Source: Lama glama (Eukaryota). From it: a DNA stretch of 64,000 bases. The notes under the pieces are model-generated. The model made no database searches and was not told where the DNA came from. It was given only the letters and a program-made list of their open reading frames with translations. Made by a program: the position numbers and the translations under genes. Shown here in pieces: positions 39,196 through 51,135 of the stretch. Position 1 is the stretch's first letter. The number at the start of each line of letters is the position of its first letter. The stretch is from the NCBI GenBank assembly GCA_028534125.1, contig CM052816.1, forward strand, positions 77,192,001 to 77,256,000. Direction: 5' to 3'.

Positions 39196-39734
39196 TGCAA
39201 GGAGGGGAGAAGAGCGCAGTTCTTGTCTTACCCAAAAGAAAGAATTCCAATGGGAGACTGAGAGCATTATGTAAGCAAAGGGTTGTATTAGTAGAGCAGA
39301 AGTTAGTAAAGTACAGCTTCGAGAATTGAAGGTGGGCCAACCCAAGAGAGGAGTGGCACTCTCTCCCGCTTACAGCCTGGCTTAGGAGTGGTCTCATGAT
39401 TGATTGACAGCTCACATCCCTAGGGCGCTTAGGCATGTTCATCCCCTTTGCTCATGCTCTTACCCGTGATGCACACAGAAAGCCTACGGAGGGGGCCCAA
39501 CAGCAATGCTAGTTACATCACAATGAGCACTGAGTTATGTTCAGCTGGGTCGTTCTCTCTGCTGAGCAGCCACAGCATCTGCTTGTAACCGGCCTCTTCG
39601 TTGGCACTCATTTAGAGAAAGCAGCACTCTGAAGCCCCTTATGCTGAGCTCAGGTGTACTGTTATTTTCTGGAATGCTCCCTCCCCTCTCCTCTTCCCCT
39701 TGCCCAGTGCTCATTTCTATCTAACCGCCTAACA
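39196..39734 (-). mobile_element. ERV1-class solo LTR
   Basis: TG...CA termini; near 4-bp TSD ttcc/ctcc; minus-strand start 'tgttaggcggttagatag'; 'ttcttgtcttacccaaaagaaagaatt' typical of reversed ERV1 U5. Confidence 0.6.
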
Positions 39735-42700
39735 CTCCCACACACTTTGCTTCACTTCATCAGTGAAAGAACGCTGCTACCACCCTGATTTTACAGATGA
39801 AGACACTAAAGCTCAGTCATGACTTGTTCAGGGTCTTGAGGTTTCTACGCAGCCCAGAGAGGGCACTGAACCCATGTTTGCTGTCTCCTGCTCTGTTGTC
39901 CTTCCTGCTCAGTCAGGGCCTCAGTCAACACCTTTCATTCACAGAACATCTTGCCCCACTAAAAGTATTTTCAGTTATCTTCATTTGTATTTTGCTGACA
40001 CCCCTCTACCTGGGATAAAGTAGCCTTCGGAACTATGGTTTTATTGTTGTTTGTTACTGAGGAATAGAAGACAAAGGCTGGTTTCCTCTACGTTAAAGAC
40101 TGGGTCTGGATTGGGTATTGGCTAGCACTGTTGCAGTTCCAGCATTCTGTGATTCTGAAATCTATTATTACATTAGTTCACACTTCGCTTTTTTCTTTGT
40201 CTTCCAAAAATCACACTGATTTTGAGAAGTAGTGTTCATGCCAAATTCATTAGAATTTGAAAACAGAGCTATATTTCAGCTCCTTGGAGGCCAAAAATGA
40301 ACCTTGATATTTTTGCAAATGTGAAAATTCTTTCAGTCACGCCAGATTAACTCAAAACATCTGAATGGTCTGCTTCCAGGTATCGTAAAATTTTCTCTCT
40401 TAGGCTTGGAATTTTATTTTAGGGAAATTCTATTCTCAGGGACATTGTCATAAGAGACTAAACGTTGCAGAGGACCCTGATGGGATGATATTTGCTGGGT
40501 AGGCTGAGAGCCAACTATTGTTCTTGCTCATTGTCAGTAGAGAAGGGAGAAGTATTTGCTAACTATCCCTGGAATCTCTGTCAATTAGCTTGGAATTTGA
40601 GGGATTTTCCTGATGTGTTTTGCGGTGGGGGATGGGGTGGGGGTGGGCAGGTGAAACTATTTAACCCTGCTATGGATGATAGGCTGGCTCCGAAGACCAG
40701 CTTAGTTGGGAATCCCACCTCACTTACATCAATCAGCTGTTAACCCTGTGCATCAGCCACCTTCACCAATCTCAGCTCTGCCTGACACCTTGGACCACAT
40801 GGAAGCAATTTAAGATATGGTCTACAAAGAGTAGCTTGAGAATGACTTTCTCAAAATCCAGGCCTGACTCTAGACCAGTGATCTCTTAAAATCTCTGAAT
40901 GGCTCTCTTTGGACTTTCTCTTTTAACGTGATACTTATACACACTGCAGACTGATGGCCGCTGCCGTGCAGTCTTCCAAACGAAATGAAATTTATATATA
41001 CGCACAGAAAAGAGAAAGCAGTTATCACAACAAAATTCCATCCTTCGTGGAGTTGCAAGGTGTCAAGCAGCAGCTGGATGACCAGCTCCCATGGAGTCCG
41101 TGGGTTACCAGAAAGGCAGGAAAAAGCCCTAGTAGGCCCCTTACACCTGCTGGAACCTCTGAGAGAGGATGCATCAAAGATGCAAACAATAAGGCAGGCA
41201 GGAAAGTGAGAGATGGGTGCTGGTTGGATCATGGCAGGGAAACACATGGATGCAACAGAACCCAAGCTTGCCCTTGAGAAAGGGAGAGACAGTGGTTAGC
41301 GGACCTTTGATAGAAGAGGTATTCAACTTCAAAAAAAAAATGATACGTTATAGGGTGTGGCAGAAATATGAATCAGACATTCAGTTGTGTAGCTGCTGTC
41401 GTGGACCTTACACACTCATTGTTGGAGAGGAAGGGGGCAAAGCATGATGAACACAGGGGGATGTAAATAACAGAGCAGACAGCAGAGAAGCTGAGAAGTG
41501 ATCTTTAAGGCTCAAAGAAGAGTCATAAGCCAGAGCTCTAAGTTCAGAAGTGAGAACACGAGAGGCTCAAAGGGATGGTGAGAAAGTGGGTGAAGATGGG
41601 GGAAGCTGAGCTAAGCTTTGAGGGGTGGGTAGGAGAAAGGTACAGAAAATAAACAGAAAGGAGAGTGGAGTGAGAGGGCTCCCTCTGGGGGAGCAAATGC
41701 TAGGAGGGAAGCAAGGTCTGGAATGGGCATGCACTTCCCCTCCCACAGGTTGGCTACAGATTAGAATTGTGAGTTTCTACCGTCTTGCTGAAAACTGTTT
41801 TCCAAGAACTGCAGCCCTTGCCTGGGGCTGAGATAGGCAGAGTGATGTGTTCTCTCAAGAGCCAGAGTGGAGACTCGCAGCCTCGGAGGGGTGATCAGCC
41901 CAGCCCCAGTTTACACAGCTCCAGTTCGGGGGTGGGTAGGACACAGAGCAGTCCACAGCCTGTACGCAGGCTTCCTTCGTGAGTTCCAAGGACCAATTTA
42001 TTTCTCCTTTATCTCTGGCTCTGAGTTTGCAAGAGGGAGCCAAAATTTTAATTAACGCAAAAGGTTAAGCCGTTGTTTGACCTGCTGGTTCTGCAGAGGG
42101 GGGCAGAGGGGGAGGCCAGGGAGCAGGAGGAAGGCAAGGCAATCTCTGGTAGCCTTTGTTTACAGGAAGCGCCTTCCACTCGCTGAGCCTGAGCTGCAGC
42201 CTGACAGTAGAAGACACGAAGGGTGTGATTGTCAGGCTGGCTGTAAATGGGAACACACTGAGGCTTTGTTTGGGCTTGTGGGGTTTTTGGTAAATTTTTT
42301 CGCTTTCAACCCCCCTGTAAAAATATTTGGAGACTCAATGGTGCTGATTCTGCATTGCTCACCTCAACCCCACACTTTCTCTTTCTTGAATGTATGCATA
42401 GCAGTGTCCATCCCCCACCCCCCCTGCATTGGCACAGCAGTTTCTCAGTAGCCCTGGCTGCCCCAGTGGTCCCACTCCCCTGACTACACAGAGCAGATGG
42501 TGTCTAACAAGTCACCACTCTGCCCGCAGGCTCTGCTTCCCCGCTGAAAATGAGCTGGAGGTAGGATTGTTGGTTCCTGGAAGCTTACAGAGATTCCTCT
42601 AAGCCAGCAGGACCTGTTTATTTGATTATTTAAAAAAAAATTTTTTTTTTTCATTGAAAAGGGGACACTGCTGACATTCAGAGGCTCACGAATTCCTTCA

Positions 42701-43744
42701 AGTCAATTGAGTTTGAGCAGGGCTTGAGCTGAGAGCCACACGAGGCCAGGGCACTCCACGAGGGCCCACTGTGCCTGGCGAGTTTGCCATTGTCATCAGT
42801 CAGGACCAGCTGGACCCGCCTCAGACTCAGGGTGGAATCAGAGCTTGCTGATTTCAAGTTTCTATTTTTAGGGATCAGAACTGGTAGATATTTTAAGTCT
42901 CTTATTTAGATTTAGCTAACTCTTGGCTCTGGTTGGCACCAATTTTGGTCCTTGTCACCAAGCTCACAGGACACGTTGAGGGAACTGCTGCTCTCTGTAG
43001 ACAGAGACCTCCCTCCTAAGTACCCTGGGCCACTCCCTTCACCGCCCAACCCCGGAGCCCAGGCCTGTGGTTTGGCCCAACTCATTACCCAGCTCCGCAG
43101 GACACACACGTGGGTTCCAGATCACCTGCGTCTGAGCCTTTTTGAGGAAAATGTGCCTGGTTTATAGCAGCTCATTTAAAAAGTATGAAGGCTTAGGGAA
43201 ATCATGATTTGAGTTTCCTCCATTGCAAACCTAGCTAGGGCTACCACTCTCTGCTAGACATGTTCCTGCGTCAGTAGGCTCTCCTAATTTTTGTGTTGCT
43301 TCTCATCTATGATGTGTAATAATGACTGGCACTTGTAAGGTAGCAGATGCTGACAATTATCCCTTAATTTATATTTCACTTTGTGACTTTCATGCTTCCC
43401 CATGTGTAGTGTCAGTTGATTTCCCCTCTGCTGCTGAGCAAGTACTAATAGCCCCATTTTAACATGAGCTAGTGGAGGCAGGTGATGGGTAGCTAAAGTC
43501 ACAGAACCAGTAAGAGAGTGGGGACGTGACCCCTGTGTTTTGATTGTGAGAACAGAGCATCTTCCACTACATCACACTCACTGAGAGGTCGGAGCCTGAA
43601 ATTCTGCTAGATTCCCCTCGACCGGCCCTTGGAAATTGCAGACAGTAAAACTGGAAAGGAACATAGACCACGTGAGTCAGAGCTGAGGGTCCAGCAATAC
43701 CCACTGCTCCCTCCATGTGCCTGGAGCTGACAGCAGCAGCTTAG

Positions 43745-43945
43745 TGCAGGGTTAAAAGTTGGCTCGGCACTCACTGGCTGTGTGACTTGGGCCACTTACT
43801 TAACCTCTCTTTGGGTCCGTTTCCTATATATAAAATGGGAAGGATAAAAATTCCCAGTTAATCTGGTTATAGACGTTAAATGAATTGATATTTGCATAGT
43901 CTTAGAGCAGTGCCTGGCATACTGTGAGTGCCAGATAAATGCTGG
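43745..43945 (+). mobile_element. MIR SINE
   Basis: 'gctgtgtgacttgggcc..ttacttaacctctct...taaaatggga...cagtgcctggcatac'. Confidence 0.8.
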
Positions 43946-44864
43946 TTAAACAGAGAGCTTTGGGTTGGCCATCTGCTGGGGAAGAGGGTAGGAGTGGGTC
44001 ACACATTCTATCAAGCACTGAACACATGCAAGCAAATCAGCCAATGATATTGTCGATAAGCAGGAGCCACTCTCAAATTGACAGTACTTTTGTAAGTAAA
44101 ACTGGTGTACGTGCTTTAGGAATTAGAGAAAGTATTTGAAGTCGTTGTTGTACTGGGCAATTCAAGTTGGGTTGGATACCTGTGTATAAGGACTGAGTCA
44201 GAGCTGCTTTGTAGAATTATAAATGCTCATGGTGGAAGAGATCTTGACGGTCAACTAATTCCGATGACTTATAGATCCAACCCTCTTGTCTATAGATCAG
44301 GAAACCAAGGTCCAGAGAGGGCAATCGACTTGCCTAGAGGCACACAGTTACTATGCCCAGATCATCCAGCCTTTTGAATTATTCTTTTTCCTGTCCGCAT
44401 TGAAGACCTGGTGCCCTGGTCCCTGGGAAATTGGCTGAGGGTGCTTGTTGTCCCGGTTTTGTGCTTATTCTGGACCCAGCTCTGAAAGTTTTAATGGATA
44501 ATGGGGTTCCCCTGGAAGTTAGAGCTCCATTTATTCCTGAAGGACTGGTGACACCTCACAGAGGGAGAAGAGTTCTGGATCTTTCTACCCCACCCCCACT
44601 CCTGCTGCTCAAGGGTACTAAGGTGGCCCACTATACTCTTGGGGGGATCTTAGCAAACCAGGCACAAATTCTGAAAGCATCCTGGGTGGTTTTGAAGCTT
44701 ATGGGTGCATCCAGAAACCTCCCAGACACCCCGAGTCTTTGGATCAATGGTTCAAGACAGGGATGAGGGGTACAACCTACTTTTTTTTTTTTTTTTTTTT
44801 TTGCCAGAGACATCCCCTACCAAACATGCACACACTTGTTTTAAAAACTGTAAATTGTAGCGGG

Positions 44865-45037
44865 TTAAACAAGGTCCTACTGTATAGCAGAGGGAACTAA
44901 TTCAATACCTTGTAATAGCCTATAATGAAAAAGACTATGAAAAGGAATATATATATATGTATGTATAACTGAATCACTATGCTGTACACCAGAAATTAAC
45001 ACAACATTGTAAACTGACTATATGTCAATAAAAAAAT
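44865..45037 (+). mobile_element. Young L1 3' end
   Basis: 'aaacaaggtcctactgtatagca...acaacattgtaaactgactata..tcaataaaaaaa'. Confidence 0.88.
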
Positions 45038-46329
45038 CATGATGGCAGAGGTGGTGACTGAGAACCTATATGGTTATGCAGATGGTGGGAGAAAGACCCG
45101 TGTTCCATAATCTAGTTGGAGCCAAAAAGCCAATGATAATGACCAATGTTAATCTTCATCCTGAGCTAAGTGCTCCTGTTATCCCTGCTTTACAGCGAGG
45201 AAATTGGAGCTCAGAGATGTTAAACAACTTGCCTGTGATTACACAACTAGAAAGGGGCTGAGCAGAGCAGCCAGATGCGGCCTGATGCCCCAGCCAGGAC
45301 ATTTGATCTCCAGGCTGTACTCCCTCTGCAGCCATGTGGCAGGAAGCCGACCACACAAAATCTACAGCGAATGTGCAGAGAAGAGGTAGATAAGAGAAGA
45401 TCATTCATGTCAGTGCAGACTGAAGTGTGCAAGGCAGATGCTATTTAAAGAGAATGAAAGGGAGAGGAGAGCCCAGTTAGAATCCAAATGGAGAGAAAAC
45501 AAGATGCAAAAGCCAACTGGAAAAAGCTGAACCAACAGAAGGACCCTCAGGAAGAAGGTGAGAGGAAAAGCAAAGCACAGGAAGGCCGTCCTCTGCAACC
45601 CAGACCCACTTCCTGAAATAGCTTGGGCACGAGTTTTTCTCTTCCTAAGTTATAGCTGGCTGCAGCTGACTGTTTGCATAGTGTGTGGATTAAAATATTT
45701 TATTGCTTTACGGATGCAATAAAATAAATGTGATTAAAGGCAGCAATGACACTAAGTTCTGGTGGAGGACGCTGAGATGCTGACGCCTGGGCTTTATCTG
45801 AGCAAGATTTTTTTCAATCAGTTAAGAGGAATCTGTTTTTCATTCTTGTGTTGGGGAGACAACATGAGAGTGGATGGAGGATTAGAGTTTTTAAAGAGGC
45901 AAGATTTAAAAGAGAGATGATGAAGATGTTCCATTGGGGGTGGGAAGCAGAAATGGAGAGGCAGTAACAACTCAAAATATGAAAGCAGGGCATATAGGGA
46001 ATGATTGGTCTCTTAAAGGAAACAGATGTAGGATCTGAAGCATATAGGGGAATGAGATGAAAGAAATCTTGAGCATGCTAAAATGATAATATTTCTTAAA
46101 GGGATTAGGGGAGAATATATATATATATTTTCCCAGCAAAGGAAAGTTCTGGAAGAAGGAAATGCGAAGAATTTGGGGAGTCAAGGTGACATAAAGCCAC
46201 TGTGGGAAGAAAAAAAGCAAGAGACTTTGGAAATTAGTGTCCACAGATGGAAGGAATGGTGAGTCCCACTAATTGGGTTGTAGGAGAAGGGCCACTTTGA
46301 CTAAGAAAAGTGCAAATCAGATCTGCAAA

Positions 46330-48860
46330 TACTGACAGTCAGGGACTGTGCTGGGTGCTCGGGGCTAGAGGAGGGAGTAGGCAGGGATGAAGTTCAAAAT
46401 GAGTGAGATAAGCAGCTTCCATCTTCATTAAGGATTCTAAACCCTAGTGAGGGAGAGTGATAGCAACACCTCCCTCCGTTACACGATGCGGAGTGGTGGA
46501 AACATAAAATGCGGTCACTGAATTAGGAGTTTGCACCTTAAGTGGAGGAGTGATGGGATTCATAACATGCTGGAGGACACAGAGTCACGGAAGGTTTCAC
46601 AGGGAGGTAGCATTTCAGATGGATCGTGAAGGATGAGGATTGTGGGAAAGAAAGGAATTCAGGACTCCATCATGTGTCTTCTTAGCAAAAACCAATGCAG
46701 GAGAGCCCTGGGCGTTCTGGTTCGGGTGAAAGAGTCTAGAATGGCAGGGTCCAAGGCTGTTTGGAGGTTAGAAGAGAAATTAAATCACATGGCATCTTGA
46801 AGCCAGGCTGAGGATCCTGGATTTTATTTTATAGCTAGTGTTTCTCAACCAGTTTTCTGCCTCCACACCAGTTACATGCACAGTACAACAATCCCGGCTT
46901 TCGGTTGGCACCTGCCCTACTGAAGGCTCATATCAAAACTGGGGAGTGGGGGACTTTTAGGGAGGTAAATGGTAGGATCAGAGCTGAGAGATGAATTAAC
47001 TGGGATGGAGATTGAAATCAGGAAAAGCAACTTGTAAGTAATTACGGTTATTCAGGTAGAGATGATGAGGGCCTGAACTCACCATGAGTGTATAGGGATA
47101 GAAATGACTGAACTTCATTCTTTTTTTTGTTTGTTTATTGAAGTATAGTTGATTTACAAGTTGGTTTACAATGTTGTGTTAGTTTTTTATTATAAAGCAA
47201 GGTGATTCAGTTATGTGTGTGTGTGTGTGTCTGTGTGTGTGTGTGTGCATGTGTGTGTGTATTCTTTTCAGATTCTTTTCCATTATAGGTTATTGCAAGA
47301 TATTGAATGTAGTTCCCTGTGCTATACAGTAGGTCCTTATTGTTTATTTTATATATAGTAGTATGTATCTATTAACCCCATATTCCTAATTTATCCTTTT
47401 GCCCCCTTTCTCCTTTAGTAACTGTAAGTTTGTTTTCTATGTCTGTGAGTCTGTTCCTGTTTTGTAAATAAGTTCACTTGTATCATTTATTTAGATTCCA
47501 CATATAAGTGATATCATATAATATTTTTCTTTTTCCGGGCTTCATTCATTTTTGCCTTCACTGAACACCCACAGTGGGCCAGGCACTGAGTCTGTTATTG
47601 GGGATTCAAATATTAAATCTCAAGACGTACTGCACATTGCCTCCAGTGTAGGAGCTATGTGGGGGCCATGATGGAAGTGATGGAGGGAACCTTGGCAACA
47701 CAGAGAAGAGATGTTTAATGATGTCTGGTTTCAAAAAAGCCTTCCTTAAGTAAGTAAGCTTGAGCTGAAGCTTAAAAGATAAGTAAGCACCAACCGGTGG
47801 AAAAGGGGAGGACAGAGCCAGGAGCAGGTGAGGAGGGTGGGAAAACATGAACAAACACACAGTGAATGAAATGGCATATGACACAAGGGAAAAGCAAATA
47901 TTTAGACCAAAAATGGAAAATATTGCTGTATATTGAGCCAGGCAATGTATTAGTGAATTGACATGTATTACTGCATATAATCTTTGGAATGTACATAGTG
48001 TGGGCTACAGAGACCATGGCCAAAGGTTGAATGAAGACTACCATATCACAGAGTTTGGAATTTAAATGTAAGTGCCATAACTCAGATTTGTGTTTTAGAG
48101 AGATTATTCCGGCAGCAGTGTGAATGATGAATGGCAGGGGCAGAATTTAGGAAGCAAAAAAACAAGTTAGACATTAAGGGGTAATGGTAATGGCAAAGGG
48201 GACAGATATGGGAAAGCATGAATAGGAGCAGTCAGCATGAATGGTCCTTGGTCAGACCTGATGGAAGACAAGGGAGCATAGGAGGAGTCCAGGTTTCTGA
48301 GCTGATGACTGGTTGATAGTGGTGTGATTCACAGAGCTAGAGAAGGAAGTAAGCAGGTTCGGGGTGGAGTAAGTAAGTAAGAAGTAATTATCTGGGAGTG
48401 ACTTCTAGCAAACTGTTGGATATGCAATCCTAAAGCTACAACAAGAAGCCTTGGCAGAAGGTCTAGAACTGGGAGTCATCCTCCTATGTTGGTTGTTGAA
48501 GCCAAGAGGGTGAATGAGATCATTCAGCATCATGTGAAAGGAGGAGAGGGCCAAAGGAAAAAACTCAGGCAATAATCACATTTCAGGAATGGGCAGAGGA
48601 AGAGGTGACTTTGAAGGAGATCAGGAGGAGTAATACGAGAAATACGAGGTAAACCGGTAAATAGTGATGCCTAGAAAATGAAGGGCGTTTCGATAAGCAA
48701 GAGTGGTCAGCATCACCTGAATCAGGCAAGAAGCTGGAGACAAACCAAAGAGAAGGCTGAGGCAAGACCTCCAACTTGTGGGAATTTAGATATTAGCAGC
48801 AAAGAAATAAAACTTTCATGTATTGTGACTACTGTGGACGGGCAAAAATCAGAATGAGAA
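46330..48860 (-). mobile_element. Fragmented L2 region
   Basis: 'caggtagagatgatgagggcctgaact', 'tccaggtttctgagct', 'gaagccaagagggtgaatgagatca' L2 text. Confidence 0.55.
47121..47539 (-). mobile_element. Young L1 3' end containing a (TG)n tract
   Basis: TSD cttcattc at 47113-47120 and 47540-47547; L1 3' UTR on the minus strand; (TG)n ~47214-47260. Confidence 0.88.
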
Positions 48861-48880
48861 AGAAAAGGAAGGTGTGACAT

Positions 48881-49712
48881 TGTGATATAATAAGAAATAT
48901 ACATTTGATCTTCATCTCCATTTCTGGCACAGAGCTCCTAAAATCCTTGAAATTTCCTGAGTAATAAGAGCAATAAAGGTGTCATGACATTCATAACAAA
49001 TCCCTTTTAATCATACCTGTGTTTATATGTGAAGTGACTTTTAGAAATGATCTATGGATGGGGGCTGGTTGCCAAGGGAACCAACCACATGATTGATGGT
49101 TGGAACTTTCAGTCTCGTCTCTCTGACCTCTGGGTAGAGGGGAGGGGCTAGAGGTTGAATCAGTCACTAATGGTCAGTGATATAATCCATCGTGCCTACA
49201 TAATGAAGCTTCGATAAAAACCCAAAAGACAGGGTTTGAGGAGCTTCCAGGTTGGTGAACCAGAATGCTTCCATGTGTCTCTGTGCCAGTCCCCAAACTC
49301 CACAAAGACAGAAGCTCCTTTGTTTGGGACCTTGCCTTATGTATTTCCTCAACTGGCTATTGATTAGTAACTTTTCATATCTTCTGTAGTAATCCAGTAA
49401 TCTAGTGAGTAGACTGGTTTCCTGAGCTCTGTGAGCTGGCCTAGCACATTAATCAAACCCAAGGAGGGGTTCTGGGAACCTCTGATTCATTGCCAGTCAG
49501 TTAAGCACAGGTGAAAACCCAGATTTATAGTTGTCATCTGAAGTGTTAGGGCAATCTTATGGGACTGAACTCTTAACGTATAGAATCTGGTGCTATCTCC
49601 GGGCAGATAGATAGTTTCAGAATTGAGTTGAATTGAGAGTCACCCAGCTGGTGTCAGAGAACTGTTTGGTAGTGTTGGGGGAAAGCCCACACATTGGAAT
49701 TGGTAATCAGAA
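48881..49712 (+). mobile_element. MER21C-like ERVL LTR
   Basis: Start 'tgtgatataataagaaatata...tggcacagagctcctaaaa'; 'ggggctggttgcca.gggaaccaacca'; end 'cccacacatt'. Confidence 0.85.
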
Positions 49713-50099
49713 TCTTAGAAGGCAAGTTTAATAGTTTGGGGGAAAAGCCACTATGGGATAGGCAGAGGAAAAACACTGTAAAAACAAGACAATACTCCAA
49801 TGAATTGCTATAAAATACCAAAGGCACTATCAAAATATTCATATTCCCTTCCCAGGGAATAAGGGGGGTGGGAAGGAGGTGGAGGAAGAATCAGCGTAAG
49901 AATAACTATCTCACTGCAGAAGAAATGACACACTAGTATGATTGATGGGAAATTCGGAAGCTGGTGCTTAAAAGAATGTTATTTAGTTAATGGAAATGAA
50001 GATGGGCTAAGACTGCAATAAAACAATTGAAGGTGTTTCTAATGAATATTTTAAAATATGGTTAATATCACCTCAGAGAAAAATTAGAGTGTAAGTAGT

Positions 50100-50795
50100 T
50101 TTTAAGAATAAATAATGGCGGCTAACATCACAAAGAGAGAGACAATAATAACATACCTCCTGAAGATGGTACACAAACAACACCGTCTGTAAGGTGTTCA
50201 CACACACACAAAAAGGAACCCGAATCAGATGACACTTTAGATCTAATTTTTAGTTTACAGGAAATAAGGGGGCAGAGGAGCATCTTACACAAGAGCATGG
50301 AATTAATATTTGCAAAATCTAGACAGTGGGAAACTATGCAGGATAAGTAACTTGGTGGCTCCAACAAATAAACTGCAAAGACTAAAGAAAAGTGGGAGGT
50401 AGCTGTCGATTATGGGACTTGAGACACATTAACCAAATGCAATGGGTGGAACTTTCTGGATCCTGATTTCAACCAAGCAGCTATAAAAACAATTTGATAA
50501 GACATTTGAGGGAAATTTGAATACTAATTGCATATATTATGACATTTAAGGAATTTCAAATGTTTCTAGATGTTATTTTTTAAGAATCCTTATCATTTAG
50601 AAATATATACTGGCTAGGGGAGGGTATAGCTCAGTGGTAGAGCACATGCTTAGTAGGCACAAGGTCCTGGGTTCAATCCTTAGTACCTCCATTGAAAAAA
50701 AAAGCCTGATTACCAACCCTCCCCCAAAAGAAATATATACAGAAATACTTATGGATGCATGGTATAGCATCTGGAATTTGCCTCAAAATAATCTA
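50100..50795 (+). mobile_element. Old L1 (L1MC/MD/ME-like) 3' region
   Basis: 'gcaaaatctagacagtgggaaact', 'aaccaaatgcaatg', 'tttttaagaatccttatc.tttaga'. Confidence 0.6.
50611..50728 (+). mobile_element. tRNA-Ala-derived SINE (vic-1-like) nested in old L1
   Basis: Head 'ggggagggtatagctcagtggtagagc...gggttcaatcc'; perfect 12-bp TSD AGAAATATATAC at 50599-50610 and 50729-50740. Confidence 0.9.
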
Positions 50796-50797
50796 GT

Positions 50798-51135
50798 AGA
50801 CTTGGGACTTAGTCCTACCCACCAGTAGGCTGGCAGCCACTGCGCAAGGCAGGGCCTGGCAGCCAACAGGGTTGGGACCCAGCCCTGCCTACCAGCTTGC
50901 CCACAGTAGATGGCCCTGTCCCAACAGAAGGGCCCATGGAGCCCACATGGGGGTGCATCTAAAGCATATAGATCTGGTGGCCAGAGGGGAGTGTGCTGCT
51001 GGGCACCAAAGGACTTCTACATAAGGCCACTTTTCTAAGATCAGGACATGTAACCAACTAACCTAGTACATAGAAATAAACACAGAGAATTAAGCAAAAT
51101 GAGGAGACAGAGGAATATGTTCTTAAAAGTTAAAG
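50798..51135 (+). mobile_element. L1 5' UTR end and ORF1 start fragment
   Basis: 'ataaggccacttttctaagatcaggacatgtaacc...ctagtacatagaaataaacacagagaatta..caaaATGAGGAGACAGAGGAATATG' (ORF1 start MRRQRNM at 51099). Confidence 0.7.

Noticed and set aside
38831..39442. Longest ORF (203 aa, minus strand)
   Set aside because: Starts inside an LTR; no recognisable domain; S/L/P-rich composition typical of chance ORFs
47985..48005. miR-1/206-like seed TGGAATGTA
   Set aside because: Only the seed-proximal bases match; no complementary hairpin arm seen; lies within an L2-rich region
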